Shown here: positions 14,332 through 21,206 of the stretch, one piece after another
Layout: every line of letters begins with the position of its first letter
How positions within the stretch are numbered: the stretch's first letter is position 1
Assembly: GCA_036379675.1 (NCBI GenBank)
Contig: DASVGF010000051.1
Location: 1-54,121, forward strand
Direction of reading: 5' to 3'
Source: Gemmatimonadales bacterium
GTDB taxonomy: Bacteria > Gemmatimonadota > Gemmatimonadetes > Gemmatimonadales > GWC2-71-9
DNA: 54,121 nucleotides
The notes under the pieces: model-generated
Told to the model about the DNA's origin: nothing
The model's database searches: none
Seen by the model: the letters and a program-made list of their open reading frames with translations, nothing else
Translations under genes and position numbers: made by a program

Positions 14332-14832
14332 ATGAGGCGGTGGCAACGGTGGGCTGCCCTCACTCCACTCGCCCTGGGACTCGGCCCCTGGGCGGCTGCG
14401 GCCGCCCAGACGACGTTCTATGCCGGGGCTGGCTTTGGCTACACGGCAGTGGTGGACGGCGGCCTGGGCAATCGACAGGGCAGCCGAAACTGGTTCGGCA
14501 TGGTAGGTCTGGAGAGCGGGGGCCCTGTAGGCGGCCGCCTGGAAGGTGCGGAAACCATGAGCCGGCTGTGGCTGAGTGCCGATCTGACCTACCGGCTGAG
14601 TGCCCGTGATCGACAAGTGCGTCCCTACGGGGTGATCGGTGGCGGGTTCGTGCTGGACCTGTCGGAATTGGATCCACTGCTCACCCTCGGGGCGGGACTT
14701 CGGGTACAGGCCGGGCGCCTCATCTTTCTGTTCACCGAGGCGCGGCTCCAGTGGGTGCCCAGCATGCCAGCCACATCGGGGGAAGCTAGGCTCGTTCTGC
14801 CGCTCATCGCTGGACTCGGGATCGGCTACTGA
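14332..14832 (+). CDS. Small outer-membrane beta-barrel-like exported protein
   Basis: Signal peptide ...LGPWAAAAAQ, alternating beta-strand pattern, C-terminal ...AGLGIGY aromatic end. Confidence 0.6.
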   Translation: MRRWQRWAALTPLALGLGPWAAAAAQTTFYAGAGFGYTAVVDGGLGNRQGSRNWFGMVGLESGGPVGGRLEGAETMSRLWLSADLTYRLSARDRQVRPYGVIGGGFVLDLSELDPLLTLGAGLRVQAGRLIFLFTEARLQWVPSMPATSGEARLVLPLIAGLGIGY

Positions 14833-14838
14833 GTCGCC

Positions 14839-14887
14839 GCCTCACAAGCGCATGCGGCCGCCGGGCTTCATCGATAAGGAATGTCGG
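14839..14887 (+). repeat. attC remnant (left half plus loop start)
   Basis: GCCTCACAAGCGCATGCGGCCGCCGGGCTTCATCGATAAGGAATGTCGG, then similarity ends. Confidence 0.65.
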
Positions 14888-14917
14888 TTGAAACCTGCAT
14901 CGGACCCCGAGCATTCA

Positions 14918-15496
14918 ATGCAAACCGAGCACCTGACTCGCGAGGACCTGGTTTCGGCACTATCGGCTGCGGAAGTGGACGTTGCAGACTTCTTCGCCTC
15001 GCTCACTCCAGACGAGCTTGTTTTGCGGGTGGAGAACGCCTGGACCGCTGCCGAGCAGCTCGCCCATCTCAACGCTGCCGTGAGTGCGGTGGCGAGGGGT
15101 TTTGCAGTTCCGCGGATTATCCTGCGTCTTCGATTCGGTCGGGCCCGGAGCTCCGGACGTAGCTACACGGCACTACGGGACGATTATCGTGCCCGGCTGG
15201 CGGCCGGTGGTCGGGCTTCCGGGCCGTTCGTTCCCAATCGCCATGATCTGCCGACGTCACAGGGTGAAGCGCGTCGCCGTGACTTGCTCGCACGTTGGCA
15301 CAGGGTAAACAATCGGCTTCAGAAGGCGCTCGAGTCGTGGAACGAGCAGGCTCTGAATACGATCCGGCTGCCTCATCCCTTGCTGGGGAAGATCACCGCT
15401 CGGGAGATGATCTACTTCACGTTGTACCACGCCAAGCACCACGTGACTGCGACCAAGAAACGGCTGCCACGCTTCACCGGGTCAAGTGCCGGCTGA
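14918..15496 (+). CDS. DinB family protein
   Basis: ATG 14918. WTAAEQLAHL near the N-terminus and FTLYHAKHH near the C-terminus fit the DinB/YfiT-type four-helix metal-binding His pattern. TGA stop 15494-15496 lies inside GGCTGAC. Confidence 0.6.
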   Translation: MQTEHLTREDLVSALSAAEVDVADFFASLTPDELVLRVENAWTAAEQLAHLNAAVSAVARGFAVPRIILRLRFGRARSSGRSYTALRDDYRARLAAGGRASGPFVPNRHDLPTSQGEARRRDLLARWHRVNNRLQKALESWNEQALNTIRLPHPLLGKITAREMIYFTLYHAKHHVTATKKRLPRFTGSSAG

Positions 15497-15520
15497 CAAG
15501 CGCATTCAGCCGATAAGCAG
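15491..15520 (+). repeat. attC remnant (left half only)
   Basis: GGCTGACAAGCGCATTCAGCCGATAAGCAG compared with GCCTAACAAGCGCATGCAGCCGAC. Confidence 0.55.
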
Positions 15521-15547
15521 CAAACCACCCTGTGCTGGGAGGCCAGC

Positions 15548-15916
15548 GTGAAACGACCACTGACAGGAATGATACTGGCGCTCACCAGCCTCCCGGCTTG
15601 CAGCGAGCGGGAGGCGACTCGCGATCCCGGGTCTTCTCACGCTGCCGAGGCGGTACCCCGATTGGATTCCGCCAAGGTGCCGGCCGATCTGCGGGATCTC
15701 GTGCCGTACGCGCAGCGCTGGGGGATCGGAGATGATGTCGCCCGCTCAGCGCGGGTTCGGAAGGCCACCGACGCCGAACGATCCGAACTGCGCGCGGCCT
15801 TTGGCCCGCGGCAGGCGCGGATCACAGCCTGGCTCGATTCCTTTGGACCGGGAGCAATGCCGGAGGAGGCGGCGGCCTTCATGTACACCCAGCTTGCCAT
15901 CGAGGAAATGCCCTAG
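15548..15916 (+). CDS. Lipoprotein of unknown function
   Basis: MKRPLTGMILALTSLPAC has a lipobox-like LPAC. GTG start. Confidence 0.55.
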   Translation: MKRPLTGMILALTSLPACSEREATRDPGSSHAAEAVPRLDSAKVPADLRDLVPYAQRWGIGDDVARSARVRKATDAERSELRAAFGPRQARITAWLDSFGPGAMPEEAAAFMYTQLAIEEMP

Positions 15917-15945
15917 GACGCGGCAGGCAGCGGGGATGTCACCCG

Positions 15946-16018
15946 GCCGCTAGCCGCCGGCCCGCTGGTACTCCATTTTCCAGAATTCCCCCGCCAGAGC
16001 GTGAAGCGGCCGTTAGCC
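15946..16018 (+). repeat. Degenerate attC (right half well conserved)
   Basis: GCGTGAAGCGGCCGTTAGCC (R' GTTAGCC 16012-16018) parallels GCTGATGCGCGGTCCGTTAGGC. The left part GCCGCTAGCCGCCGG is only weakly similar to GCCTAGCC-type R''. Confidence 0.45.
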
Positions 16019-16091
16019 AGTACAACGTGCGGAGGATGACAAACACGGAACGGCGCACATTCTCGAAGGTGCCATATTCCGGGATGTTGAC

Positions 16092-16589
16092 GTGTCTCCT
16101 AAAGTACGGTCGTTCTGGCCACTCCTGCTGAGTGTGCTCCTGACCGATTGCGCGACCAAGCAGTTCGCCATCGAGCGCCTCGCGCCGGTTGCCACACCGC
16201 ACGAGGTGCTGGGAGACTGGGTCAGACTCGTCCTTGTTTATAACCGCGGGGCGGCCATGGGTCTTTCCCTGGGATCCTGGGCTCGACCGCTCCTGGCGGT
16301 GGTCACGGTGGCGATGCTGGGGCTCTTGTGGGTGTGGTATCGGCGGACCAGGCGGCGGGATTGGATGACGGCGGCCGCACTGGGGCTGATCGCGGGCGGG
16401 GCGCTGGGGAATCTGCTGGACCGCCTGCGGTGGGACCGGGGGGTGGTGGACTTCATCGACATTGGCTGGGGATCGGTTCGCTTCTGGACTTTCAATGTGG
16501 CCGATGTCGGCATCACCTGCGGTGCCCTGTGGCTGGCGTGGCGACTGAGCCGCCGTCAGGCCGAACCACCTGAGCCGGCTGCGGTCTGA
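16092..16589 (+). CDS. lspA: Lipoprotein signal peptidase (signal peptidase II)
   Basis: LLTDCATKQ (conserved D/K), NRGAAMG, GGALGNLLDR, VVDFID and FNVADV motifs align with E. coli LspA. GTG start. TGA stop lies inside GTCTGAC. Confidence 0.9.
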   Translation: MSPKVRSFWPLLLSVLLTDCATKQFAIERLAPVATPHEVLGDWVRLVLVYNRGAAMGLSLGSWARPLLAVVTVAMLGLLWVWYRRTRRRDWMTAAALGLIAGGALGNLLDRLRWDRGVVDFIDIGWGSVRFWTFNVADVGITCGALWLAWRLSRRQAEPPEPAAV

Positions 16590-16608
16590 CCAGCGAGGCC
16601 GGTTGGGC
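16584..16608 (+). repeat. Possible minimal attC relic after lspA (GTCTGAC-N11-GTTGGGC)
   Basis: An RYYYRAC-like heptamer contains the lspA stop and is followed 11 nt later by GTTGGGC (the same R' variant as 5648). Too short to fold as a functional attC. Confidence 0.25.
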
Positions 16609-16633
16609 CGAGCCCGAAATCGGTGGAGGATTC

Positions 16634-16978
16634 ATGCGGTCATGGAACGCCTGGTTTCTCGCAGGTCTCGCGCTCTTTCTGGGAAGCTGCACCTACTGGG
16701 AGCCCTATGCTCCACTCGCATCTACGGGTCCATCACCGGACTTGCCGTCTTCACTCCAGGTCGTATCCGACACCGGCTCACCCCTGCTGCTCACCGAGCC
16801 ATTTGTCAGGGCCGACACCCTCTTCGGCCGCACCGGTCGGGACACCGTGCGGCTTCCGCTCCACCAGCTGCGTGAAGTACAGCGTCAACGGGTACATGGA
16901 TTGCGGACCCTCGGCTTGATTGCAGGCGTGGGCGCGGTATGGATCACTGTAGGGCTGTACGGTGGCGGGCTGGAATAG
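16634..16978 (+). CDS. Lipoprotein with C-terminal TM helix; paralog of cassette ORF 10048-10419
   Basis: LALFLGSC lipobox. CTYWEPY, PFVRADTLFG, DTVRLP and RTLGL motifs are shared with the cassette protein. Confidence 0.7.
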   Translation: MRSWNAWFLAGLALFLGSCTYWEPYAPLASTGPSPDLPSSLQVVSDTGSPLLLTEPFVRADTLFGRTGRDTVRLPLHQLREVQRQRVHGLRTLGLIAGVGAVWITVGLYGGGLE

Positions 16979-17003
16979 GTCACGGCGCATGGAACTGGGA
17001 GGG
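16977..17003 (+). repeat. Possible attC left-half relic
   Basis: AGGTCAC-G-GCGCATG-GAACTGG-GAGG compared with GCCTCAC-AA-GCGCATG-CAGCTGG-CGG. It starts at the stop codon of the preceding ORF. Confidence 0.3.
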
Positions 17004-17007
17004 GATC

Positions 17008-17391
17008 ATGGAGACTGTGGACCGTGCGTTCGGGTGGCTGCTGATCGTCGGAGGGGTCCTGCATGCGATCGGCTCATGGACGGGTTACAGGACTACGCCC
17101 GAGACGCTCCTCTGGGCCCTCGCGGGCTCGCTGGCGGCCCTGCTCGTGGCCGCGGTCAACCTGCTGCGGGCGGGCCGGCCGGGCGACCTTCCGCTGGCGT
17201 GGGTGAGCCTTGGCGGATCCGTCGCGTGGATGGCGGTGGCCCTCGGCTTCGGGATCGTGATCGGGAACCTCCTCGACCCTCGCGCGCTGATCCATATGCT
17301 CAACGCGCTGGTTCTGGCGGGGATGAGCCTGCGTACGGTCGGGCGTGCGAAAAAGGGGGCGCAGTATCCCCGAGGGCGCGGCGGAACCTGA
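17008..17391 (+). CDS. Integral membrane protein of unknown function
   Basis: GGGAGGGG RBS then ATG 17008. Four predicted hydrophobic helices. Confidence 0.55.
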   Translation: METVDRAFGWLLIVGGVLHAIGSWTGYRTTPETLLWALAGSLAALLVAAVNLLRAGRPGDLPLAWVSLGGSVAWMAVALGFGIVIGNLLDPRALIHMLNALVLAGMSLRTVGRAKKGAQYPRGRGGT

Positions 17392-17542
17392 ATTTTCTGC
17401 GGGCGCGGTAGCGTGCCAGGTGAGTGGTCTGCCAATACTGAGTCGCCCTCCTTCCACTTAACCGGGCCCTAGCCGTCCCCGCATAGCCTCTTCAGATTTC
17501 GAGCAGCCTGATCCTGTGTTTGGCAGCGTGGAGCCGCGTTGG

Positions 17543-17899
17543 ATGACCGTGAGCGCAAGCTTCAGAGCCTTCGTCCTCGAACAACTCGCCCGTGAGGTTC
17601 AGGGCATCCGCGGGCGGAACATGTTCGGCGGGGTGGGGATCTACAGTGGGGAGCTTTTCTTTGCGCTGATTGCCGATGACTCCCTGTACTTCAAGGTAGA
17701 CGAATCGAATCGGCCGGAGTTCGAGGCCAGAGGCATGGGTCCCTTTCAACCGTACGGCGAAGACGGCGAGGTGATGCAATACTACCGTGTGCCCGAGGAT
17801 CTGCTCGATGACCCCGAAGTGTTGGGCCAATGGGCTGAGAAAGCGATCAGTGTGGCACGCCGTGCCCGGCGCGGGCCTCCTCGCCGGCGCGGCGCCTGA
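17543..17899 (+). CDS. TfoX N-terminal domain protein
   Basis: MFGGVGIYSGELFFALIADDSLYFKVD....EF...G..PF......G.....YY.VP matches the TfoX_N pattern. Confidence 0.7.
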   Translation: MTVSASFRAFVLEQLAREVQGIRGRNMFGGVGIYSGELFFALIADDSLYFKVDESNRPEFEARGMGPFQPYGEDGEVMQYYRVPEDLLDDPEVLGQWAEKAISVARRARRGPPRRRGA

Positions 17900-17935
17900 G
17901 TGTCAGGAAACCGGCAGAACAGGAAGGAAGCCTCG

Positions 17936-18589
17936 ATGGTTCCAGCACGCGAAGCCCTCGCCCGGCTGCGGGAAGGGAACCTCCGGTTCGCTTCGAACGT
18001 CGGTGGCTCCCATCCATACCCGGCTCACGTGCGGCGGGCCGAGCTGGCCTCCGGCCAGCAGCCGTTCGCCATCATACTCGGCTGCTCGGACTCGCGGGTG
18101 CCGGCCGAGATCGTGTTCGATCAGGGATTGGGCGACCTTTTCGTCATTCGCGTTGCCGGCAACATCGTGGCCCCCTCCCAGGTCGGCAGCGTCGAGTTTG
18201 CCGCCGCCCGGTTCAATACCCGGCTGGTGGTAGTGCTGGGACACTCGCAGTGCGGCGCGGTCCTGGCCACGCTGGAAGAGCTTCAAAGGCCGACGGAGAA
18301 CCAGTCTCGCAACCTGCGGGCAATCGTCGATCGGGTGCGCCCCTCCGTCGAGGGGCTGCTGGCAACCGGACTACGGCACGATCTGGACGCCCTCATGCCG
18401 CACGCGGTTCGGGCTAACATCCGCGCATCCGTCAACCACCTGCGCCACGGCTCCGAGGTGCTGGAGCAGCTGATTCAGGACGAAGGCCTGCGCGTCGTCG
18501 GCGCCGAGTACTCACTGGAAACCGGCGTGGTGGACTTCTTCGACGGCGCTCCCGCAATTGAAGGCGTGTCGGTTCTCGAGGAGGCGTAG
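17936..18589 (+). CDS. Beta-class carbonic anhydrase
   Basis: CSDSRVPAEIVFDQGLGDLFVIRVAGN and VVLGHSQCGAV zinc-ligand motifs. AGGAAGG RBS upstream of ATG 17936. Confidence 0.88.
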   Translation: MVPAREALARLREGNLRFASNVGGSHPYPAHVRRAELASGQQPFAIILGCSDSRVPAEIVFDQGLGDLFVIRVAGNIVAPSQVGSVEFAAARFNTRLVVVLGHSQCGAVLATLEELQRPTENQSRNLRAIVDRVRPSVEGLLATGLRHDLDALMPHAVRANIRASVNHLRHGSEVLEQLIQDEGLRVVGAEYSLETGVVDFFDGAPAIEGVSVLEEA

Positions 18590-18602
18590 CGGCTCGGCTC
18601 GG

Positions 18603-19208
18603 ATGAGACACCCCGAGCTCCGGACCGAGCTGCTCGAGCTTGCCGCGCACGACCTGCGAGTACGATCGGAGATCGCGTCAGCCGGCCAGCTGAGCCAGGC
18701 CGGGTATCATCCGCAAATGCAGGAGGTACACCGCCGCAACGCCGAGCGGCTCCGTGCCATCCTTGCCCGCCACGGGTGGCCCGACGAGGACATGGTCGGT
18801 CCCGATGGGGCCGAGGCCGCGTGGCTCATCGTCCAACATGCCATCGGCGATCCCGCGCTCCAGCGCCAGTCGCTGGAGCGCGTGCAGCGCGCAGCGAGCC
18901 TGGGCGCGGTGCCGGGCTGGCAGGCCGCGTTTCTGGAAGACCGGATCAGGTTCTTCGAGGGCCGACCCCAGCTTTACGGGACCCAATTCGACTGGGACGA
19001 GTCGGGCCAGCTGAGCCCGGCACCCGACATCGAAGATCCCGCTGGAGTGGACGCCCGCCGGCGGTCCGTTGGGCTGGAGCCGCTGGCAGAGGCGACACGC
19101 CGGCACCGGGAGCGGGCGGCGATCGACAACGAGCGCCCCCCCGCAGATCCTGCCGCCCGGCGGCGCGAGCTGGAAGAGTGGGCCCGCCGGGTGGGCTGGC
19201 GCCGCTAG
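18603..19208 (+). CDS. Conserved hypothetical protein (DUF6624-like)
   Basis: L.E....D...R ... N...L..I....GWP....VG..GA.AAWL.VQHA ... AFLEDR......Q.YGTQ pattern. Assignment by memory only. Confidence 0.45.
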   Translation: MRHPELRTELLELAAHDLRVRSEIASAGQLSQAGYHPQMQEVHRRNAERLRAILARHGWPDEDMVGPDGAEAAWLIVQHAIGDPALQRQSLERVQRAASLGAVPGWQAAFLEDRIRFFEGRPQLYGTQFDWDESGQLSPAPDIEDPAGVDARRRSVGLEPLAEATRRHRERAAIDNERPPADPAARRRELEEWARRVGWRR

Positions 19209-19229
19209 GCGCTTCGCCGAGGAGTCGCC

Positions 19230-19538
19230 ATGCATCTGGTCCAGCTTCTCCTGCCGGTTCGCGACGAGTCGGGCCGGCCCTTCCCCCGGAAGCTGTACGA
19301 TACGCTGGTTGATGAGCTGACCGACCGGTTTGGCGGCGTGACGGCCTACACCCGGGCTCCGGCCTCCGGCCTGTGGGAAGAGAACTCGGGACGGACGGTG
19401 CGAGACGACGTGGTCGTCTACGAGGTCATGGCCAACCAGCTCGATGAGAGATGGTGGAAAGCGCTGCGAACCCGCCTGGAGAAGGCATTCGATCAGGATG
19501 AGCTGGTTGTGCGGGCCCATGAAATACGCCGGCTGTAA
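19230..19538 (+). CDS. Hypothetical protein (102 aa)
   Basis: Clean ATG ORF with plausible composition. No family recognised. Confidence 0.5.
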   Translation: MHLVQLLLPVRDESGRPFPRKLYDTLVDELTDRFGGVTAYTRAPASGLWEENSGRTVRDDVVVYEVMANQLDERWWKALRTRLEKAFDQDELVVRAHEIRRL

Positions 19539-19571
19539 CCTCCCCCTTTTCCCACCAGCAACGAGGGATTC

Positions 19572-19979
19572 TTGCCAAGCAACCTGTTCGAGCTCACGGT
19601 TGGCATCGCGATCGGAGTGCTCGCGGCCTGGGTGTGTTTCCTGGTCTGGAAGGTGGGGTATACCACCCGCATCCGGGAGGATGCGGTTCAGCGCAGCCAG
19701 GCGATAACGGCGGGGAAGGTCCACGAGCAGCTGATTCCCTATCTCCCCGTGTTTCCCTACAACCCGAAGGACGTCCGGTTTCTCGGCAGCCCGGTGGATC
19801 TGGTGGTGTTTGACGGGCTGTCGGAAGGCCGGTTGGACCGCATCGTCTTCGTTGAGGTCAAGACCGGCGGCTCCGGCCTGACCATCCGTGAACGATCCGT
19901 GCGGGACGTCGTTCGCGCTGGGGAAATCGACTGGGAGGAGCTCCGCGTGCCCCGTCCCGTTGCCAGCGGCGCGGCGTGA
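19572..19979 (+). CDS. Membrane-anchored Holliday-junction-resolvase-like endonuclease (COG4741-like)
   Basis: N-terminal TM helix. GSPVDLVVFDG......IVFVEVKTGGS.L..RE resembles the archaeal Hjc/PD-(D/E)xK core. TTG start. Confidence 0.5.
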   Translation: MPSNLFELTVGIAIGVLAAWVCFLVWKVGYTTRIREDAVQRSQAITAGKVHEQLIPYLPVFPYNPKDVRFLGSPVDLVVFDGLSEGRLDRIVFVEVKTGGSGLTIRERSVRDVVRAGEIDWEELRVPRPVASGAA

Positions 19980-20004
19980 CCAGCCTTTCGTAGATGGAGG
20001 ACTC

Positions 20005-20763
20005 ATGCTTCGATACTCTCTCGCCGTCCTGACACTGTCGGTCGCCGGCGTCCACCTGGCGCAGGAGCCGGAGCTGCTTCGACGCGCCAGGATGGTCCGG
20101 ATGTCCTCGCTGGATTCCACGCTTCCGGCTGTCTCCCTCGAGCGTTGGCTGCTCCAGCAGGCAGCGGGGGCGGGCGCGAAGGTTGAGTGGGAGGTCAACG
20201 ACTGTGGTGAGGGTGGCGACGGGCTGGCGGCACCCACCTGCGTGGAAGGCCGGGTCCAAGTGGCCCCCGATACCGCCGCCTACCTCAGCCTGATCGTGGC
20301 CGGTACCGATGGGGAATCGGGCAGACCGGAGATCTGGTCGCTGCATGCCACTGAAGGAAGGGCCGTCACCACCTTCCAGAGCCTTCCGGCTTGGGCGGCG
20401 TACCTTCGCCGAGACCCGCGACGCCAGGTGTTCGTGGCCGAGAGCAGCTTCGCGGCCAGCATGGCCCGTCGCGACCTCGAGGCCTTTGCGGCCTTTGTCT
20501 CGCCCGAAGCGGTCTTCTTCGCCGATACGGCGGTGCTGCGCGGCCGCGACCGGGTCGTCGAGGGCTGGCGGCGGTTCTTCGTGGGCCCGGCCCCCTTCTC
20601 CTGGAAACCCGACGTCATCGAGGTGCTCCCCTCGGGCAAGCTCGCGATCAGCAACGGGCCCGTCTTCGATCCAGCCGGCAAGAAGATCGGCAGCTTCAGC
20701 TCGATCTGGCGCCGGGAGCCCGATGGCCGCTGGCTGATCATCTTCGACAAGGGCTGCGCCTGA
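20005..20763 (+). CDS. Exported protein with C-terminal SnoaL-like/DUF4440 domain
   Basis: GGAGG RBS, ATG 20005, signal peptide MLRYSLAVLTLSVAGVHLAQ. The C-terminal FVSPEAVFF....LRGRD.V..GW ... GRWLIIFDKG has the NTF2-like pattern. Confidence 0.6.
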   Translation: MLRYSLAVLTLSVAGVHLAQEPELLRRARMVRMSSLDSTLPAVSLERWLLQQAAGAGAKVEWEVNDCGEGGDGLAAPTCVEGRVQVAPDTAAYLSLIVAGTDGESGRPEIWSLHATEGRAVTTFQSLPAWAAYLRRDPRRQVFVAESSFAASMARRDLEAFAAFVSPEAVFFADTAVLRGRDRVVEGWRRFFVGPAPFSWKPDVIEVLPSGKLAISNGPVFDPAGKKIGSFSSIWRREPDGRWLIIFDKGCA

Positions 20764-21108
20764 GTGTTCGTCCGCATCTGGAAGTTCCACGTGCATCCCG
20801 GCAGGAACCACGAGTTCGAGGCCGCCTATGGGCCTATCGGACCCTGGACCCGGCTCTTTGAGCGGGTAGCCGGCTATTGCGGCACCGAGCTCCTGACTGA
20901 CGCCGGCGACGCGAATACCTACTTCACCATCGATTGGTGGGAGAGCGCGGAGGCATGGGCCGCGTTTCTGCGGGCGTGGGGTGAAGACTATGCCGCGCTT
21001 GATCGGCGTTGCGAGGGGCTGGCGCTTTCAGAAATGGAGGTGGGAGAGTTCCAGGGGCTCGGGGCCTCCGACCCGGCGTGCCAGAAGTTGCGAAACACGA
21101 TCGAATAG
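20764..21108 (+). CDS. Antibiotic biosynthesis monooxygenase (ABM)-like protein
   Basis: MFVRIWKFHV..G....FE..Y ... YFTIDWWES.EAW..F has the ferredoxin-like ABM pattern. GTG start abuts the upstream stop. Confidence 0.55.
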   Translation: MFVRIWKFHVHPGRNHEFEAAYGPIGPWTRLFERVAGYCGTELLTDAGDANTYFTIDWWESAEAWAAFLRAWGEDYAALDRRCEGLALSEMEVGEFQGLGASDPACQKLRNTIE

Positions 21109-21121
21109 CGAAGCGGGTGTC

Positions 21122-21158
21122 GGGCTGGTTGCTGAAGCCTTCCGGCCAAGGCCAGCCC
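21122..21158. terminator. Hairpin between convergent genes (no U-tract)
   Basis: GGGCTGG (21122-21128) pairs with CCAGCCC (21152-21158), with an inner CCTT..AAGG hairpin. Located between the ABM (+) and LVIVD (-) genes. Confidence 0.25.
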
Positions 21159-21206
21159 GCCACCGAACAAATTCACCTTCCTCTGGGTCTCAACCCTTCC
21201 GACGCG

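Larger units (their letters stand above)
1..17003 (+). mobile_element. Integron gene-cassette array (distal part of a sedentary chromosomal integron, or CALIN; intI/attI not in window)
   Basis: 13 full-length and >=10 partial imperfect palindromes RYYYAAC...GTTRRRY (mostly GCCTAAC...GTTAGGC, ~100 bp) each follow a short, mostly + strand ORF. Gaps from R' to the next start codon are 12-30 nt. Seven ORF stop codons lie inside R''. No tyrosine-recombinase-like ORF in any frame. Confidence 0.9.

Noticed and set aside
17456-17524. Possible additional attC (ACTTAAC … GTTTGGC, 69 bp) between the membrane protein and tfoX-like genes.
   Set aside because: The terminal heptamers fit loosely, but the internal arms do not pair and share no similarity with types A, B or C. 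Likely a chance match.
18678-20237. 519-aa ORF on the minus strand spanning several plus-strand genes. Similar long antisense or out-of-frame ORFs occur at 24556-26598 (-), 21009-22247 (+), 22335-23711 (+), 38656-40065 (+), 10754-11584 (-), 8486-9370 (-), 45068-45976 (-), 45577-46512 (+), 36042-37031 (-) and 52861-53715 (-).
   Set aside because: High GC depletes stop codons in non-coding frames. These products are Arg/Pro/Gly/Ala-rich with no motifs, and each overlaps a gene on the other strand or frame that has clear family signatures.
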